Shown: positions 23,480 to 34,288, numbered from the stretch's first letter. The stretch: DNA of 64,000 nucleotides from an uncultured Planctomycetota bacterium (GCA_963849325.1 CAWKHF010000012.1:672001-736000), one strand, 5' to 3'. The notes: a model not told the origin generated them from the letters alone. Made by a program: numbers and translations.

Positions 23480-23526
23480 GGGTCGCTTGCGGCCTGGCGA
23501 CAAGGTCGCCTAGCCGCAAGCGACCC
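23480..23526. repeat. REP-like palindrome (GCCGCAAGCG family) in a divergent intergenic region
   Basis: gggtcgcttgcggc...gccgcaagcgaccc. Confidence 0.6.
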
Positions 23527-23625
23527 TGGCAAATCCGCACAGACCCTTGCAAATTGCCCCGTCTCCCTCTACAGTGGCGCGAAACCTTCGCGGGGTGCCC
23601 CGCGTTCGATCGGAGGTTCTCTCCC

Positions 23626-24365
23626 GTGCTGATCCTGCCGGCCATCGATCTGCGAGGCGGCCAGTGTGTGCGGCTGCGGCAGGGCGATTACGCGCAGGAA
23701 ACCGTCTTCGGCGACGATCCGGCCGCCATGGCTCGTCGCTGGGTCGAACAGGGGGCCGAGTATCTGCACCTCGTCGATCTCGACGGCGCCCGCCAGGGCC
23801 ATCCGGTCAACGGCGACAGCGTGCGCCGCATCGTGCAGGCCGCCGGCGTGCCCTGCCAGCTCGGCGGCGGCCTGCGCAGCGAAGAACACATCACCGAGGC
23901 GCTCGGCTGGGGCGTCGAGCGCGTCATCCTCGGCACGCGCGCCTTGCTCGATCCGGCGTGGTGCGAGACCGTGTGCCGGCGTTTCCCCGGCCGCATCTGC
24001 CTGGGCATCGACGCACGCCAGGGCCGCGTCGCCGTCCAGGGCTGGGAGCGCGATTCCGAGCGCTCCGCCCTGGACCTCGCTCGCCACTGCGCCGCCTGGC
24101 CGCTGGCCGCCATCATCTACACCGACATCAGCCGCGACGGCATGCTCGAAGGGCCCAACGTCGAGGCCACCGCCGAGCTGGCCGCTGCCGTGTCCGTGCC
24201 GGTCATCGCCTCGGGCGGCGTGACCACGCTCGACGACGTCGCGCGCCTGGCCGGCCGGGGGTTGGCTGGCTGCATCATCGGCCGCGCCCTCTATGAGGGC
24301 CGCATCGACCTCACGGCCGCGATACACGCTGGCGCCAGGAAACGGAGAAACACACGCCGAACTAA
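23626..24365 (+). CDS. hisA: ProFAR isomerase HisA (3' end approximate)
   Basis: ILPAIDLRGGQCVRLRQGDY, LHLVDLDGA, QLGGGLR, YTDISRDGMLEG, IASGGV, IIGRALYEG. Confidence 0.95.
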
Positions 24366-24367
24366 TC

Positions 24368-24405
24368 GGGCCGCTGGCGGCTTCGCGCTAAGCCGCCAGC
24401 GGCCC
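24368..24405. repeat. REP-like palindrome (TAAGCCGCCAGCGGC family)
   Basis: gggccgctggcggctt-cgcgct-aagccgccagcggccc. Confidence 0.7.
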
Positions 24406-24430
24406 AACCGCAACCGAATAGGAGATTCTC

Positions 24431-26565
24431 ATGAGGAAATATCAAGTGGCGGACATTCGGAACATCGCCCTGGCGGGACATCGGGCGTCGGGCAAGACCT
24501 CGCTTGCCGACGCCCTGCTGTTCCAGGCCAAGGCCGTCGATCGCCGCGGCAGCGTGGACGACGGCACCAGCGTCTCCGACTACGACGAGGAAGAACACAA
24601 GCGCCACTTCTCCATCGACACCAGCGTCCTGCACCTGGAGCACAAGGGCAAGCACGTCCACCTGCTCGACACGCCCGGCGATCCCGCTTTCGTCGGCGCC
24701 GCCCTGGGGGCGCTGGCCGCCGTCGAGAACGTGGTAGTGGTCGTGTCGGCGGCCAACGGCGTCGAGGTCAACACGCGCCGCATGTTCGACGAGGCCGGCA
24801 AGCGCGGCCTGGCCCGCATGCTGGTCATCAACAAGCTCGACGCCGACAACGTCAAGTTCGCCGACCTGCTCAAGACCCTCCGCGACACCTTCGGCAAGGG
24901 CTGCGTGCTGTTCAACGCGCCGATCAACCCCGGCCCGAAGTTCAGCGGCGTCGTCAGCGTCCTCAATCCGCCGGAAGCGGCGCCGGCCGGCTGCGCCGTC
25001 GATCTGACCGCCGCCCGCTCGCAGCTGGTCGATGCCGTCGTCGAGGCCGACGACGCCCTCATGGAGAAGTACCTGCTCGAAGGCGCGGTCAGCGCCGAGG
25101 AGTTGGCCGACCGCTCTGCCCAAGGCGCTGGCGGCCGGCACCGTCATCCCCGTCTTCTGCACGGCGGCCAAGAAAGACATCGGCATCGCCGAGCTGCTGG
25201 ACGGCCTGGCCGACTACGCCCTCTCGCCCGTGCAGGGCCAGCGCCGCAAGGCCAAGAAGGGCGACGGCGAGGTGACGCTGGAGCCGACGGCGTCCGGCGA
25301 GTTCGTCGGCCAGGTGTTCAAGGCCGTCACCGACAAGTTCGTCGGCAACCTGAGCTTCATCCGCGTCCTGTCGGGAACCTACAAGCCGGACCAGCCGCTG
25401 GTCAACGTCCGCACCGGCAAGTCGGCGCGGACGGCCGGCTTGCTGCTCATGCAGGGCAGCAAGCACACGAACATCCCGGAGGCCATTCCCGGCGACATCT
25501 TCGCCGTCACCAAGGTCGAGGATCTGCACATCGGCGACACGGTCGGCAACCACGCCGGTACGCCGACGCTGCCGACGCCGGCCTTCCCGACGCCGATGTT
25601 CGGCCTGGCCGTCGAGCCCAAGGCGCGCGGCGACGAGCAGAAGATCTCCGGCAGCTTGCAGAAGATCGCCAACGAGGACCCGACCTTCCACGTCACGCGC
25701 GACGCGCAGACGAAGGAGATGGTCATCACCGGCATGAGCCAGCTGCACCTGGACGTGCTCATCAATCGGCTCAAGCGCCGCTTCGACCTGGAGGTCGTCA
25801 CCAAGGAGCCGAAGATCCCCTACCGCGAGACGATCACGACGCACGCGGAGGGCCAGCATCGCCACAAGAAGCAGACCGGCGGCCGCGGCCAGTTCGGCGA
25901 GGTCCATCTGCGCGTCTATCCGCTGCCGCGCGAGATCGACAGCGAGGAGCAGCTGCTGCGAGAACTTCGCCAACAAGGACAAGTTCGAGAAGATGCGCTC
26001 CGCCCACTACGATGCGGAGCACAACTTCGCCTTCATCGACACCATCGTCGGCGGCACCATCCCCAACCAGTTCGTGCCGGCCGTCGAGAAGGGCTGCAAG
26101 GAGCTGCTGGAGCGCGGCGCGCTGGCCGGCTACCGCATCCAGGACGTGGCCGTGGAGGTCTACTTCGGCAAGGACCATCCGGTGGACAGCTCGGAAGCGG
26201 CGTTCAAGACGGCCGGCCGCATCGCCTTCAAGAACGCCTTCCTGGCCGCCCGTCCGGTGCTGCTGGAGCCGATCGTCGAGCTGGAGGTGACGGTGCCGAC
26301 GAAGTACACCGGCGCCATCCTCGGCGACCTGAACACCAAGCGGGCGCGCATCGAGAACCAGGACAGCCTGCCGGGCGACCTGGCGGTCATCACGGCGCAG
26401 GCGCCGCTGGCCGAGGTGACGCGCTACGCCGCGCAGCTGGGCAGCATCACGCAGGGGCAGGGCTCGTTCAGCATGGAGTTCAGCCACTACGACGTGGTGC
26501 CCGGCAACGTGCAGCAGCAGATCGTCAGCAAGGCCAAGCTGGGCGCGGACGAGGACGAAGGTTGA
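24431..26565 (+). CDS. fusA: Elongation factor G paralogue (EF-G2 type), frameshifts near 25110 and 25960
   Basis: IRNIALAGHRASGKTSL, LLDTPG, NKLD, GMSQLHLD, HKKQTGGRGQFG, HPVDSSEAAF, LLEPI. Confidence 0.9.
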
Positions 26566-26573
26566 TAAGCCCG

Positions 26574-26614
26574 CGGCGTCGGCGACGGATTTTCGCAGCT
26601 CGTCGCCGACGCCG
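26574..26614. terminator. Hairpin between convergent EF-G2 and xisI
   Basis: cggcgtcggcgacg...cgtcgccgacgccg, 14-bp stem without a clear U-tract. Confidence 0.5.
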
Positions 26615-26619
26615 AAACC

Positions 26620-26955
26620 TCATCCCACGGCAAAGCCGGTGAACGGCCGCACGTCAGCGGGATGGAAGGCCAGCACGATGTCCTCTTGAGGAATCCCAGC
26701 TGCGATCAACTCATCCGCGACAGGACGGTTGGTCCCGTCATACTGGAGCCAGACCTTGTCGCCGATGATGTCGAGATGCACGACGGAGCCATGCACGCGG
26801 CGTTGACCGTCCCAACCGACGTGCATGACTTCATAATGGTCGTGTTCCCGATCGATAATGGCTTCCGTCTCGATTTGGCCGTGCGAAGGTTTGCCGCTGG
26901 CATAGTCCTCAATGACGCGACGGACGATCTCGCGGTAGCGTTCTAGTTTATCCAT
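26620..26955 (-). CDS. xisI: XisI family protein
   Basis: MDKLERYR...HYEVMHVGWD...VHLDI..KVWLQYDGT...GIPQEDIVLAFHP. Confidence 0.92.
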   Translation of the reverse strand: MDKLERYREIVRRVIEDYASGKPSHGQIETEAIIDREHDHYEVMHVGWDGQRRVHGSVVHLDIIGDKVWLQYDGTNRPVADELIAAGIPQEDIVLAFHPADVRPFTGFAVG

Positions 26956-27362
26956 TGGACGACACGCTCCTTCTGGTGATCAAAAACCAGCACTCGCAGA
27001 TTCAAGCGACGGACAATAAGCTGCCCGAATCGCTCCGTCAACAATCCCTCGTAGATGCGAAGAGGGACCGCGAGGTACAGCAAACGATCCGACCCATTTT
27101 CGGCCAGGATAGCCCGGTAAATGTCATATTGGCCGACCGCCTCCTGGAGATCGCGTACCGGCGACGGGTTGAGAAAACTCTGGATCTCAACAGCAATTCG
27201 CTGCTCTCCCTTTTCCGCCCCAATCGTTGTCCGTTCCGCGCCGAGATCGACGTAGAGATCCCTGCTCCCGAAGGAGATTCTTAAGGGGTCATCCGTGATC
27301 GTCCAACCATCCGCCGTTAGGGCCTGAATGACGACGTCGTGATAGATGTTTTTCGCGGGCAC
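26943..27362 (-). CDS. xisH: XisH family protein
   Basis: PAKNIYHDVV..AL..DGWTITDDPL, YVDLGAE, IAVEIQSF, AVGQY, LYLAVP. Confidence 0.92.
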   Translation of the reverse strand: MPAKNIYHDVVIQALTADGWTITDDPLRISFGSRDLYVDLGAERTTIGAEKGEQRIAVEIQSFLNPSPVRDLQEAVGQYDIYRAILAENGSDRLLYLAVPLRIYEGLLTERFGQLIVRRLNLRVLVFDHQKERVVQWIN

Positions 27363-27500
27363 GGACTATCCCCTCAGACACTTCCTTGTCTGACGCGGCG
27401 TTCTCCGCCATTGTGCCTCAACCAGCACAGAGCCGCAATCGCGAAGACGTGGGATACTCCCCTCGTCCATCCGGTTGCGGCTCTGTTTCTTGGATCGTGT

Positions 27501-28764
27501 TTACTGCCCTTTCATGCTCTCGATGAGAATGCGGGCCGTTGAGGGCCGCATGACGCGCGGGTCGGGCAGCTCGCCCTTGCGCAGCGTCTCGCGGAGGATG
27601 CGGCCGGCGATGGTCACTTGCTTGTAGCCCTTCGGCTCGTACTCCTCGACCAAGCCGACGCGGCCCAACTCCTCGTAGTACGCCGCGAAACCGATCTTCA
27701 CCGGCTTGATGAGCAGTTCGCCCTTCAGCTCGTCGAACTTGCGCTGCGCCGCCAGGCCGTCCCAGATGTCCTTGCCGTCCTCATACGGCGCGTCGGCGTG
27801 CTTGCGGCCGATGATGATGTCGGTGAAGCCGAAGTTCTGCCGATAGATGGCGTGCATGATCGCCTCCTTCGGCCCACCGTAAAACATCTTGATGTCCAGG
27901 CCCAAGAAGAATAATGCGATCCGTAATGTCGCAGCCGGTCTTCTTCCAGAGTTCTTCGTCCTTGTCGCCTTCGCCCAGCGCCTTGCTCTCGATCAGCGCC
28001 CGGTAGGTGCGCATGCGCGTGACGGCGTTGACGTCGTCGCCCTTGGTCTCGCCGACCAGCGGATTGAGCACGGCGCCGGCGAAATGGCCCTCGCGCACCA
28101 GTCGTTCCAGGCCGGCGACCAGGGCGTACTCGTGGGCGCGGTGCAGCGGATTGCGCGTCTGGAAGGCGACGACACGCTTCCAGCCCTTGTCGCGGAACAG
28201 TGCCCGCGTCTGGCGCGGCGACAGGATGAACTGCCCGTATTCGGGATGTTTCGGCTGCGGCAGAACGCGCACCGTGCCGCCGAGCAGATGCGTGCGCGGA
28301 TCGCGCTCTGACCATGCGGCCGCCCGGATGATCGAAACGCTCGGTGCCGTAGACGCTGCGGACGTAATGGGCCTTGTCCCACGCAAACACGTCGCTGATC
28401 GTCAAGCGAGCCGACCACTTCGTTCTGCGGATTGACCAGGGCGACGGTCTGTCCCGCCTTCAGCGTCTTCGCCTGCGCCTCGTCCACCGGGAACGACAGC
28501 GGAATGGTCCAGGCGTATTTCTTGCCGTCGTGGACGATCACTTCCTCGTCGAGGACGCGATTGAACGTCTCGCGGTCCATCGGGCCGGTTAGCGGACTGA
28601 GGCCGCCGTCGCCGAGACGGTACAGCGTCGAGAGGTCGGCGTCGCTGACGGACACGCGCGGCAGCGACGCCGTGCGGGCGCGGAAGTCCGCCGCTTCCTC
28701 GGCGGGGACGTTGACGATTGACGGGTTCGCTCAGCCCGCCGTGCGGCGGAATCAAATCGGACAT
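27501..28764 (-). CDS. sat: Sulfate adenylyltransferase (Sat type), frameshifted
   Basis: [56 protein letters not shown]. Confidence 0.93.
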
Positions 28765-28776
28765 CGCAAATCTCCA

Positions 28777-29212
28777 CTAAATCTGATAGGACAGGGCGTG
28801 ATTCTCCTGAATGCGGCGAACGAGTTCCGCCAGGGTGATGCGCTGCAAGGCGCGTTGCTCCTCGGCTTGCATGTCCTGCCAGATGGCGAGCAGGACGCCG
28901 ACGGCGCGGCGAGCGGCGGGCCTCGCTCAAGGCCGAGCGCGGCGTCAAAGCCCGGTCGTCGATGGCGTTGATGACGGCGGCGAGCGTGATCTCCTCCGGC
29001 GGCCGGGCCAGCTGATAGCCGCCGGAGGCGCCGCGCACACTGACCACCAGGCCGGCCGTCTTCAACTGCAACAGGATCTGCACCAGGAAGCGCGGCGGAA
29101 TGCCCTGCGCCTCGGCGATGGCCTTGATGCGCAGCGGCTGCGGCTCGGCGAAGCTGGCGGCCAACTCCAGCATGGCCACACAGGCGTACTCGGCCTTGGC
29201 GGAGATGCGCAT
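28777..29212 (-). CDS. Rrf2-family regulator (CymR-like), frameshifted
   Basis: MRISAKAEYAC, IAEAQGIP..FL.QIL, SVRGASGGYQLAR; ends LSYQI* in another frame. Confidence 0.88.
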
Positions 29213-29293
29213 GCTTCTCTCCTCTCGTTGAGCCGCGACTGCGCAGCAGGAGCGCGGGAGATTCCCGCGCTCTGCTCCGCATCGCGGCTAAAC

Positions 29294-30021
29294 TTAAATA
29301 CCGCCGCCGTCCTGGACCTCGATGACGTGCAGACCGCACTCCTTTTTGACGGTGCCGGCCCAGCGTCCGGCGCGCTCGTCCGCGCCGTCGCCGACCGCCG
29401 CCGTGCAGGGCCAGCAGCCGATGCTCGGATAACCCTGGTCGTGCAGCGGGTTGTAGGGAATATCGTGCTGGAGGATGAAGTTCCACACGTCCTTGCGCGT
29501 CCAGGCCAGAAGCGGATTGACCTTCACGAGGTTGAACTTGGCGTCCCACTGCACGACGCCGGCCGCGGCGCGATGCGAGGTTTGATCGCGGCGAATGGCG
29601 CTGATCCACGCCTCGTAGCCGACCACCGCCCGCCGCAGCGGCTGCAGCTTGCGATCGTGGCAGCACTGGTCCGGCCGAATGCGATACAGCGGACCGCCGT
29701 GCTCCGCCTCGTACTCCGCCACCGTCGTCTCCGGACGCACTATCTCGACTTCGATGCCGTACCGTTCCTTGATGCGCTCGCGCACTTCGCAGCGTCTCGG
29801 GGAATTGGTAGCCCGTGTCCAGGTTGAAAATGCGGACACTCGGATCGATCTCGGCCAGCAGATGGATCAGGCAGCAGCCCTCGGCCCCGAATGCCGTCGC
29901 CATCGTCAGCTTGTCGCCGAACGTCTCCACCGCCCAGCGCAAAATCGTTTCCGGCGTTGCCTCGGCCAGGCGCTCGATTGGCGGCGGCGATCTGCTCGGT
30001 GGTCATCGTCAGTGTGGCCAT
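29294..30021 (-). CDS. cysH: APS/PAPS reductase, Fe-S type (CC...CxxC), frameshifted
   Basis: TAFG, LDTGYQFPET, CCHDRK, KVNPL, GYPSIGCWPCT, RAGRW, KECGLH. Confidence 0.93.
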
Positions 30022-30160
30022 CAAACTCCTCTTGCGGACGGCAATCCCTGCCGGTCCCGGCTGGACGAGGCCGGGAACCGAACGAACTATCTTTATCAGT
30101 ATACTAATGATTTCGGCAAGAGCCGAGGGGAAATGAAGCGCCGTTTGGTCGAGCCTCTCT

Positions 30161-30217
30161 TTCCGAGCCTGAAGCGTAAGCGAAGGGACACTCTTCGCTT
30201 ACGCTTCAGGCTCGGAA
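30161..30217. repeat. REP palindrome of the CCGAGCCTGAAGC family, copy 3
   Basis: ttccgagcctgaagcgtaagcgaag...cttcgcttacgcttcaggctcggaa. Confidence 0.85.
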
Positions 30218-30238
30218 AGAGGGCATTGCCTCTTGCCG

Positions 30239-30994
30239 TTACTTCTTGTCTTTTTTCTCTTCCGAGACGGGTTCGAGGATAACCACAACCTTGGTTTCCA
30301 GCGGCGGGATGCGCTCGGTGAAGGCGAGGAAGGCCAAATCGGCGTTTTCCTTGGAGCTTTTGATCGGCAGGTCGAGCAGGGCGGTTTCAAAGTTGGAGAC
30401 GCAGATCAGATCGCCTTCGTTGGCGAGGTATTGTTTCTTGTCGGGTTCGAGCGGGTTGGACACGAGGTGACTGCCGGCGAACACCCAGTCGCTTTCCAGG
30501 GTCTTGCCGGTTTTCATGTTCTTGACCCACGACTGGCCCGGCACCGTCACGAGCTTGTCCTGGTCCTTGTACTGCACACTGACCTTGATCCGCGTGCCGC
30601 AAGCGGGGCGATAGCGCGGGGCGAACTGGACGGGCGATCCCTCGACGGCGCCGGCGGCGTTCAGGGCGGCGTGGAGCTTCTGCGCGTCCACGTCGGCCGT
30701 CAGGATGGCCTCGTGCTCCTTGGTCTGCTTGCGGCACATCAGCAGTTCGAGCTGCCCCTCGCGCAGGCAGACCTCGGCGGAGACCAGGACGCGGCGCTCT
30801 TTACCTCGGACCTCCAGGAAAATGTTGCGGGCGAGGAGGACTTTCTTGGACTCGGCCGGCTTTTCCTTGGCTGCGGCCTTTTCCCTCGACTTCGCTTCGT
30901 CGCGGTCGGCGGCCCCTTCGCAGCCCGCGGCCAAACCGATGCCCAGAAGGGCCAGGACGAACAGGAAAGGGGATCGTCGCGTGGGTGCGTTCAT
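30239..30994 (-). CDS. YdjY-domain lipoprotein
   Basis: Lipobox LAAGC; VCLREGQLELLMC..KEHE, WVFAGS, GDLICVSNF, IPPLET. Confidence 0.75.
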   Translation of the reverse strand: MNAPTRRSPFLFVLALLGIGLAAGCEGAADRDEAKSREKAAAKEKPAESKKVLLARNIFLEVRGKERRVLVSAEVCLREGQLELLMCRKQTKEHEAILTADVDAQKLHAALNAAGAVEGSPVQFAPRYRPACGTRIKVSVQYKDQDKLVTVPGQSWVKNMKTGKTLESDWVFAGSHLVSNPLEPDKKQYLANEGDLICVSNFETALLDLPIKSSKENADLAFLAFTERIPPLETKVVVILEPVSEEKKDKK

Positions 30995-31030
30995 GCCCTC
31001 AGTTTAGCAGAGGGGCGAAGGCTTGAGAAC

Positions 31031-31076
31031 AAAAAAGCCAACGGAGGCGAGCCTGGGCGGCCCTCCTCCGTTGGCT
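31031..31076 (-). terminator. Intrinsic terminator after the Cys-rich gene
   Basis: Minus strand agccaacggagg...cctccgttggct followed by a T run. Confidence 0.8.
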
Positions 31077-31136
31077 GGGCGTTACTCCCCCGAGCAGCTC
31101 GCGGCGGTCATCCGGCCGCCGGGAGCTGGGAGGAGG

Positions 31137-33110
31137 TTAGTTGCAGCAACTCCCGCAAGAGGAGTTGCCGCAAGGATCGCAGCAGGTCGGCGTGCAGCAG
31201 CAGCGGCGGCTGAACAGCTTGCTCATCCAGCCGGACTTCTGGCAGCAGCAGGGCGAGCAGCAGCACGGCGTGCAGCAGGTGTTGCAGCAGCAGGCCGGCT
31301 GGCAGCACGTCGTCGGGCAGCACGTCGTCGGGCAGCAGGTCGTCGGGCAGCACGTCGTCGGGCAGCACGTCGTCGGGCAGCACGTCGTCGGGCAAGCCGG
31401 AGCATGGCAGGCCGGGGCCGGGCACGCGGGGGCCGGGCAGGGGTCGCAGGCCACCGGCACACGGCGGCAGCGCTGCACGCACACCTCGACCGGCACGCAC
31501 GTCTTGACGCGCTTGCAGACCGTGCAGGGCACGCACTCCGTGACCGTGTACGGCACCTTGCAGTGGACCGTGTACGGCACCTGCGTGCAGACCGTGTAGG
31601 GCACCTGCTTCATGACCGTGCACGGCACCATCTCGCAGACGGTGTAGGGCACCATCTTCTTGACCGTGTGCGGCACCATGCGGCAGACGGTATAGGGCAC
31701 CGTCTTGACGTGCTGCTCGGTCACCGTGCGCCAGACGGTATAGGGCACCTGCTTCTTGCACACCTCGGCCACCATGCGGCAGCTGGTCGTGGTGTAGCTC
31801 GTGGTGTAGGTCGCGCCGCACACGAACCTCCGGCCGGAGGGCGAAGCGGTGCCGGGAGCGGAGGCGGAACCGCAACCACCGGCGCCGGGGTCGCCATGAC
31901 CGACGCCCTGAGCGTCCACCCAGGCGCCCTTGCAGCAGCGCACGACCGTGTACGGCACCTGCTTCTTGCACACCTGGGTCTCGTAGCGCGTGACCGTGTA
32001 CGGCACCTTCTGCACCGTGGTCACCGGCACCATCTTGCAGACGGTGTACGGCACCTTCTTGACGACGGTGTAGGGCACCTTCTTGCAGACGGTGTAGGGC
32101 ACCATCTCGGTGACGCACTGCTTGACCATCTTGGTGCAGGGCACCGGCTCGCAGATGGTGCGGCATCTTCATGACCTGGCGGGTGCACATCTGGTCGGGG
32201 CACTTGATCGTGCAGCGCTGCCAGTGGCCCTTCTGCTGCTGGCACGCAGCAGGTGCAGGGGTCGAAGCAGCAGCTATCGCAGGTACGCTGCCAGACGTGC
32301 TTGGTCTTGCCGGGCACGCAGTACGTCTCGCAGCAGCACTCCTTGACCTTGCGCGTGACCGTCTTGCAGGTCGTGACCGGCTTGCAGATCGTCTTGGTGC
32401 ACGGCTTGTAGCAGGTCTCGATGCAGTCGCGGTAGCAGGTCTGGCAGCACTCCTTGTAGCAGGTCTGGTAGCACGGCTTGCAGGTGGTGCAGCAGACTTC
32501 CTTGACGCACTGCACGCAGACCGGCTTGCAGACGGTGTAGCAGCACTCGCGGCAGCACGTCTCGCAGAACTGATGGCAGGCCTGATGGCAGGCCTGGTGG
32601 CAGTGCGTCTCGTAGACCGGCTTGCAGACCGTGTAGCAGCACTCGCTCACGCAGCACTCCGGCACGCGCTTGCAGGTCGTGTAGCAGCACTGCTTGTAGC
32701 AGGTCTCGTAGCACGGCTTGCAGCAGGTCTGGCAGCACTTCCTTGTAGCAGGTCTTGTAGCACGGCTTGCAGCTCGTGCAGGGCACTTCCTTGTAGCAGG
32801 TCTGGTAGCAGGCTTGATAGCAGGTCTTGCACTCGTCGCGGTAGCAGGTCTTGCAGACCTGCTTCATGACGGTCTCCTGGACCGTCTGATAGCAGGTCTG
32901 CCAGCGTTTCTCCAGAACGGTGTCGTAGACCAGCTTGTAGCAGGTCTTGCACTGTTGCTGGCAGGTCGGGAAGCAGCACTGGGCGTCGCAACACGGCTGC
33001 GGACAGCAGCTGTAGTTGGAGCAGCCGCAGTGCGCTGCCGCCGCATACTGGACGACCCCGAACAGGCCGACCATCGCAGCCAGCAACGGCGCTCCCAAGC
33101 GCATCCTCAT
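31137..33110 (-). CDS. Secreted Cys-rich YTV-repeat protein (~650 aa, frameshifted)
   Basis: Signal peptide MRMRLGAPLLAAMVGLFG..AAA; CYK/CCYTVCKP repeats, then many VPYTVC repeats, then a CCPTT tail. Confidence 0.85.
31301..31394. repeat. 15-bp coding tandem repeat x6
   Basis: ggcagcacgtcgtcg units (one variant) encoding (CPTTC)n on the minus strand. Confidence 0.9.
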
Positions 33111-33498
33111 GACAATCGCCTCCTCATCGACACGATGTTGTGTGGAATCCCAGGGGAGAAGTTCTGCCGGCGTGGGGCTCTCCAGCCGGGCTGTCCGACG
33201 AGAGGCTACGCCCTCCCGCCGCCTGACAGCCCCACCGTGGACAACGAGCGGGTGGGTTCGCTCCTTGCTGTGCGTCCGCCGACGCGGATCGCGTTCTGGC
33301 GTTTGTTATCGGCTCGCCAGATTCGCCCGGAATAATGGTTCGGGACAGATTACGGCCCTTACCTGGCCTTCGCCCCTTCCGCCCGCAACGGCCGTAACGA
33401 CCGTGCCGAACGGCGCGGATGCGCCGGCGCTGGTGTCGCCGTCATCCGCCGCGTAGAATGGCGAAAAGACAACCCAGCTGCTTCGGGAGGACACGGCC

Positions 33499-33705
33499 AT
33501 GAGCGACCCCATCCACGACCTTGCCCCAGCGGATTACTGTGATCCGGTCATCGAAGCGTACAAGAAGGACGTGGACCGCACGCTGCTGCGCGAGAACCTG
33601 AAGCTCACCGTGGAGCAGCGGATTCGCAAAGCGGAGAGTTTTCACCGATCCATCAAGGCCTGGAGAGAGGCGGGCGAGCGGTCGCGGAGAACGGAACGCG
33701 CATGA
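33499..33705 (+). CDS. Small conserved-looking protein, antitoxin-like
   Basis: DPVIEAYKKDVDRTLLRENLKLTVEQRI; GGGAGG RBS. Confidence 0.6.
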   Translation: MSDPIHDLAPADYCDPVIEAYKKDVDRTLLRENLKLTVEQRIRKAESFHRSIKAWREAGERSRRTERA

Positions 33706-33725
33706 TTGCGTCGTTCATCTTGCGC

Positions 33726-33760
33726 AAAAAGAGGCCGGCGACGTGAATCACGTCGCCGGC
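33726..33760 (-). terminator. Intrinsic terminator
   Basis: Minus strand gccggcgacgtg-att-cacgtcgccggc then ctcttttt. Confidence 0.65.
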
Positions 33761-33873
33761 GAGTGGAGGGGTTGCGGGATTTGGGTCGGGGTGGGAGGCC
33801 GCCCGCCGGGACGCTGGGTCCCGGCCTACCCGGGTCAGGCGGCGGCCAGGGGGAGTGCGGGCAAAGGGACTCC

Positions 33874-34077
33874 TTAGGCGACCGGTTCGAGGCAGCAGCG
33901 CCGTCGCAGCGTTTCACACAGACGCTGACAACGGGCCAGGTCGCGGATCATGTTTTCGGTCAACAAACGGATCGTGTCCGGGTCTTCCGTCCATTCCAGC
34001 CGCTGCCGGCTGTCGGACAGGTGTTCGAGGATGTCTCGCAGCCACAGGATATTGGCGTCGCGCTGACTCATCTGCAT
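33874..34077 (-). CDS. Small hypothetical helical protein
   Basis: MSQRDANILWLRDILEHL...; AGGAG upstream and a terminator downstream. Confidence 0.5.
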   Translation of the reverse strand: MQMSQRDANILWLRDILEHLSDSRQRLEWTEDPDTIRLLTENMIRDLARCQRLCETLRRRCCLEPVA

Positions 34078-34288
34078 ATCCACTTGTGTTGATCTCCTGT
34101 TTCGCCTTCCGTGCCGAGGAACGATTGCAACCGCCGTGCCAAGATTCAGCGCGTGCCGGGCCGGCACCGTACAAGTGCTTGCGAAATGAACGGTTAGAAC
34201 GGATAAGGCCGTGCCCTTCGGTTGTCGCGGCGGCCGAGGGCTTTTGCAAATCTTACCGAGGCGAGGGGGCGAAAGATGAAAAAGTTGC

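Noticed and set aside
23554-25275. 573-aa ORF suggesting a long HisA fusion
   Set aside because: HisA similarity ends near 24330; the rest is off-frame read-through over a REP and the EF-G2 gene.
31301-31394. 15-bp repeats as a CRISPR array
   Set aside because: The units are contiguous with no spacers and code for CPTTC; there are no cas genes in the window.
31137-31450. Homology of the CCPTT tail to animal keratin-associated proteins or metallothioneins
   Set aside because: Compositional convergence explains it; the gene has host-like codon usage and planctomycete YTV repeats.
33110-33500. Possible riboswitch or ncRNA in the long leader of the Cys-rich gene
   Set aside because: GC-rich pairing is possible, but I recognise no family consensus; an Rfam/Infernal scan would be needed.
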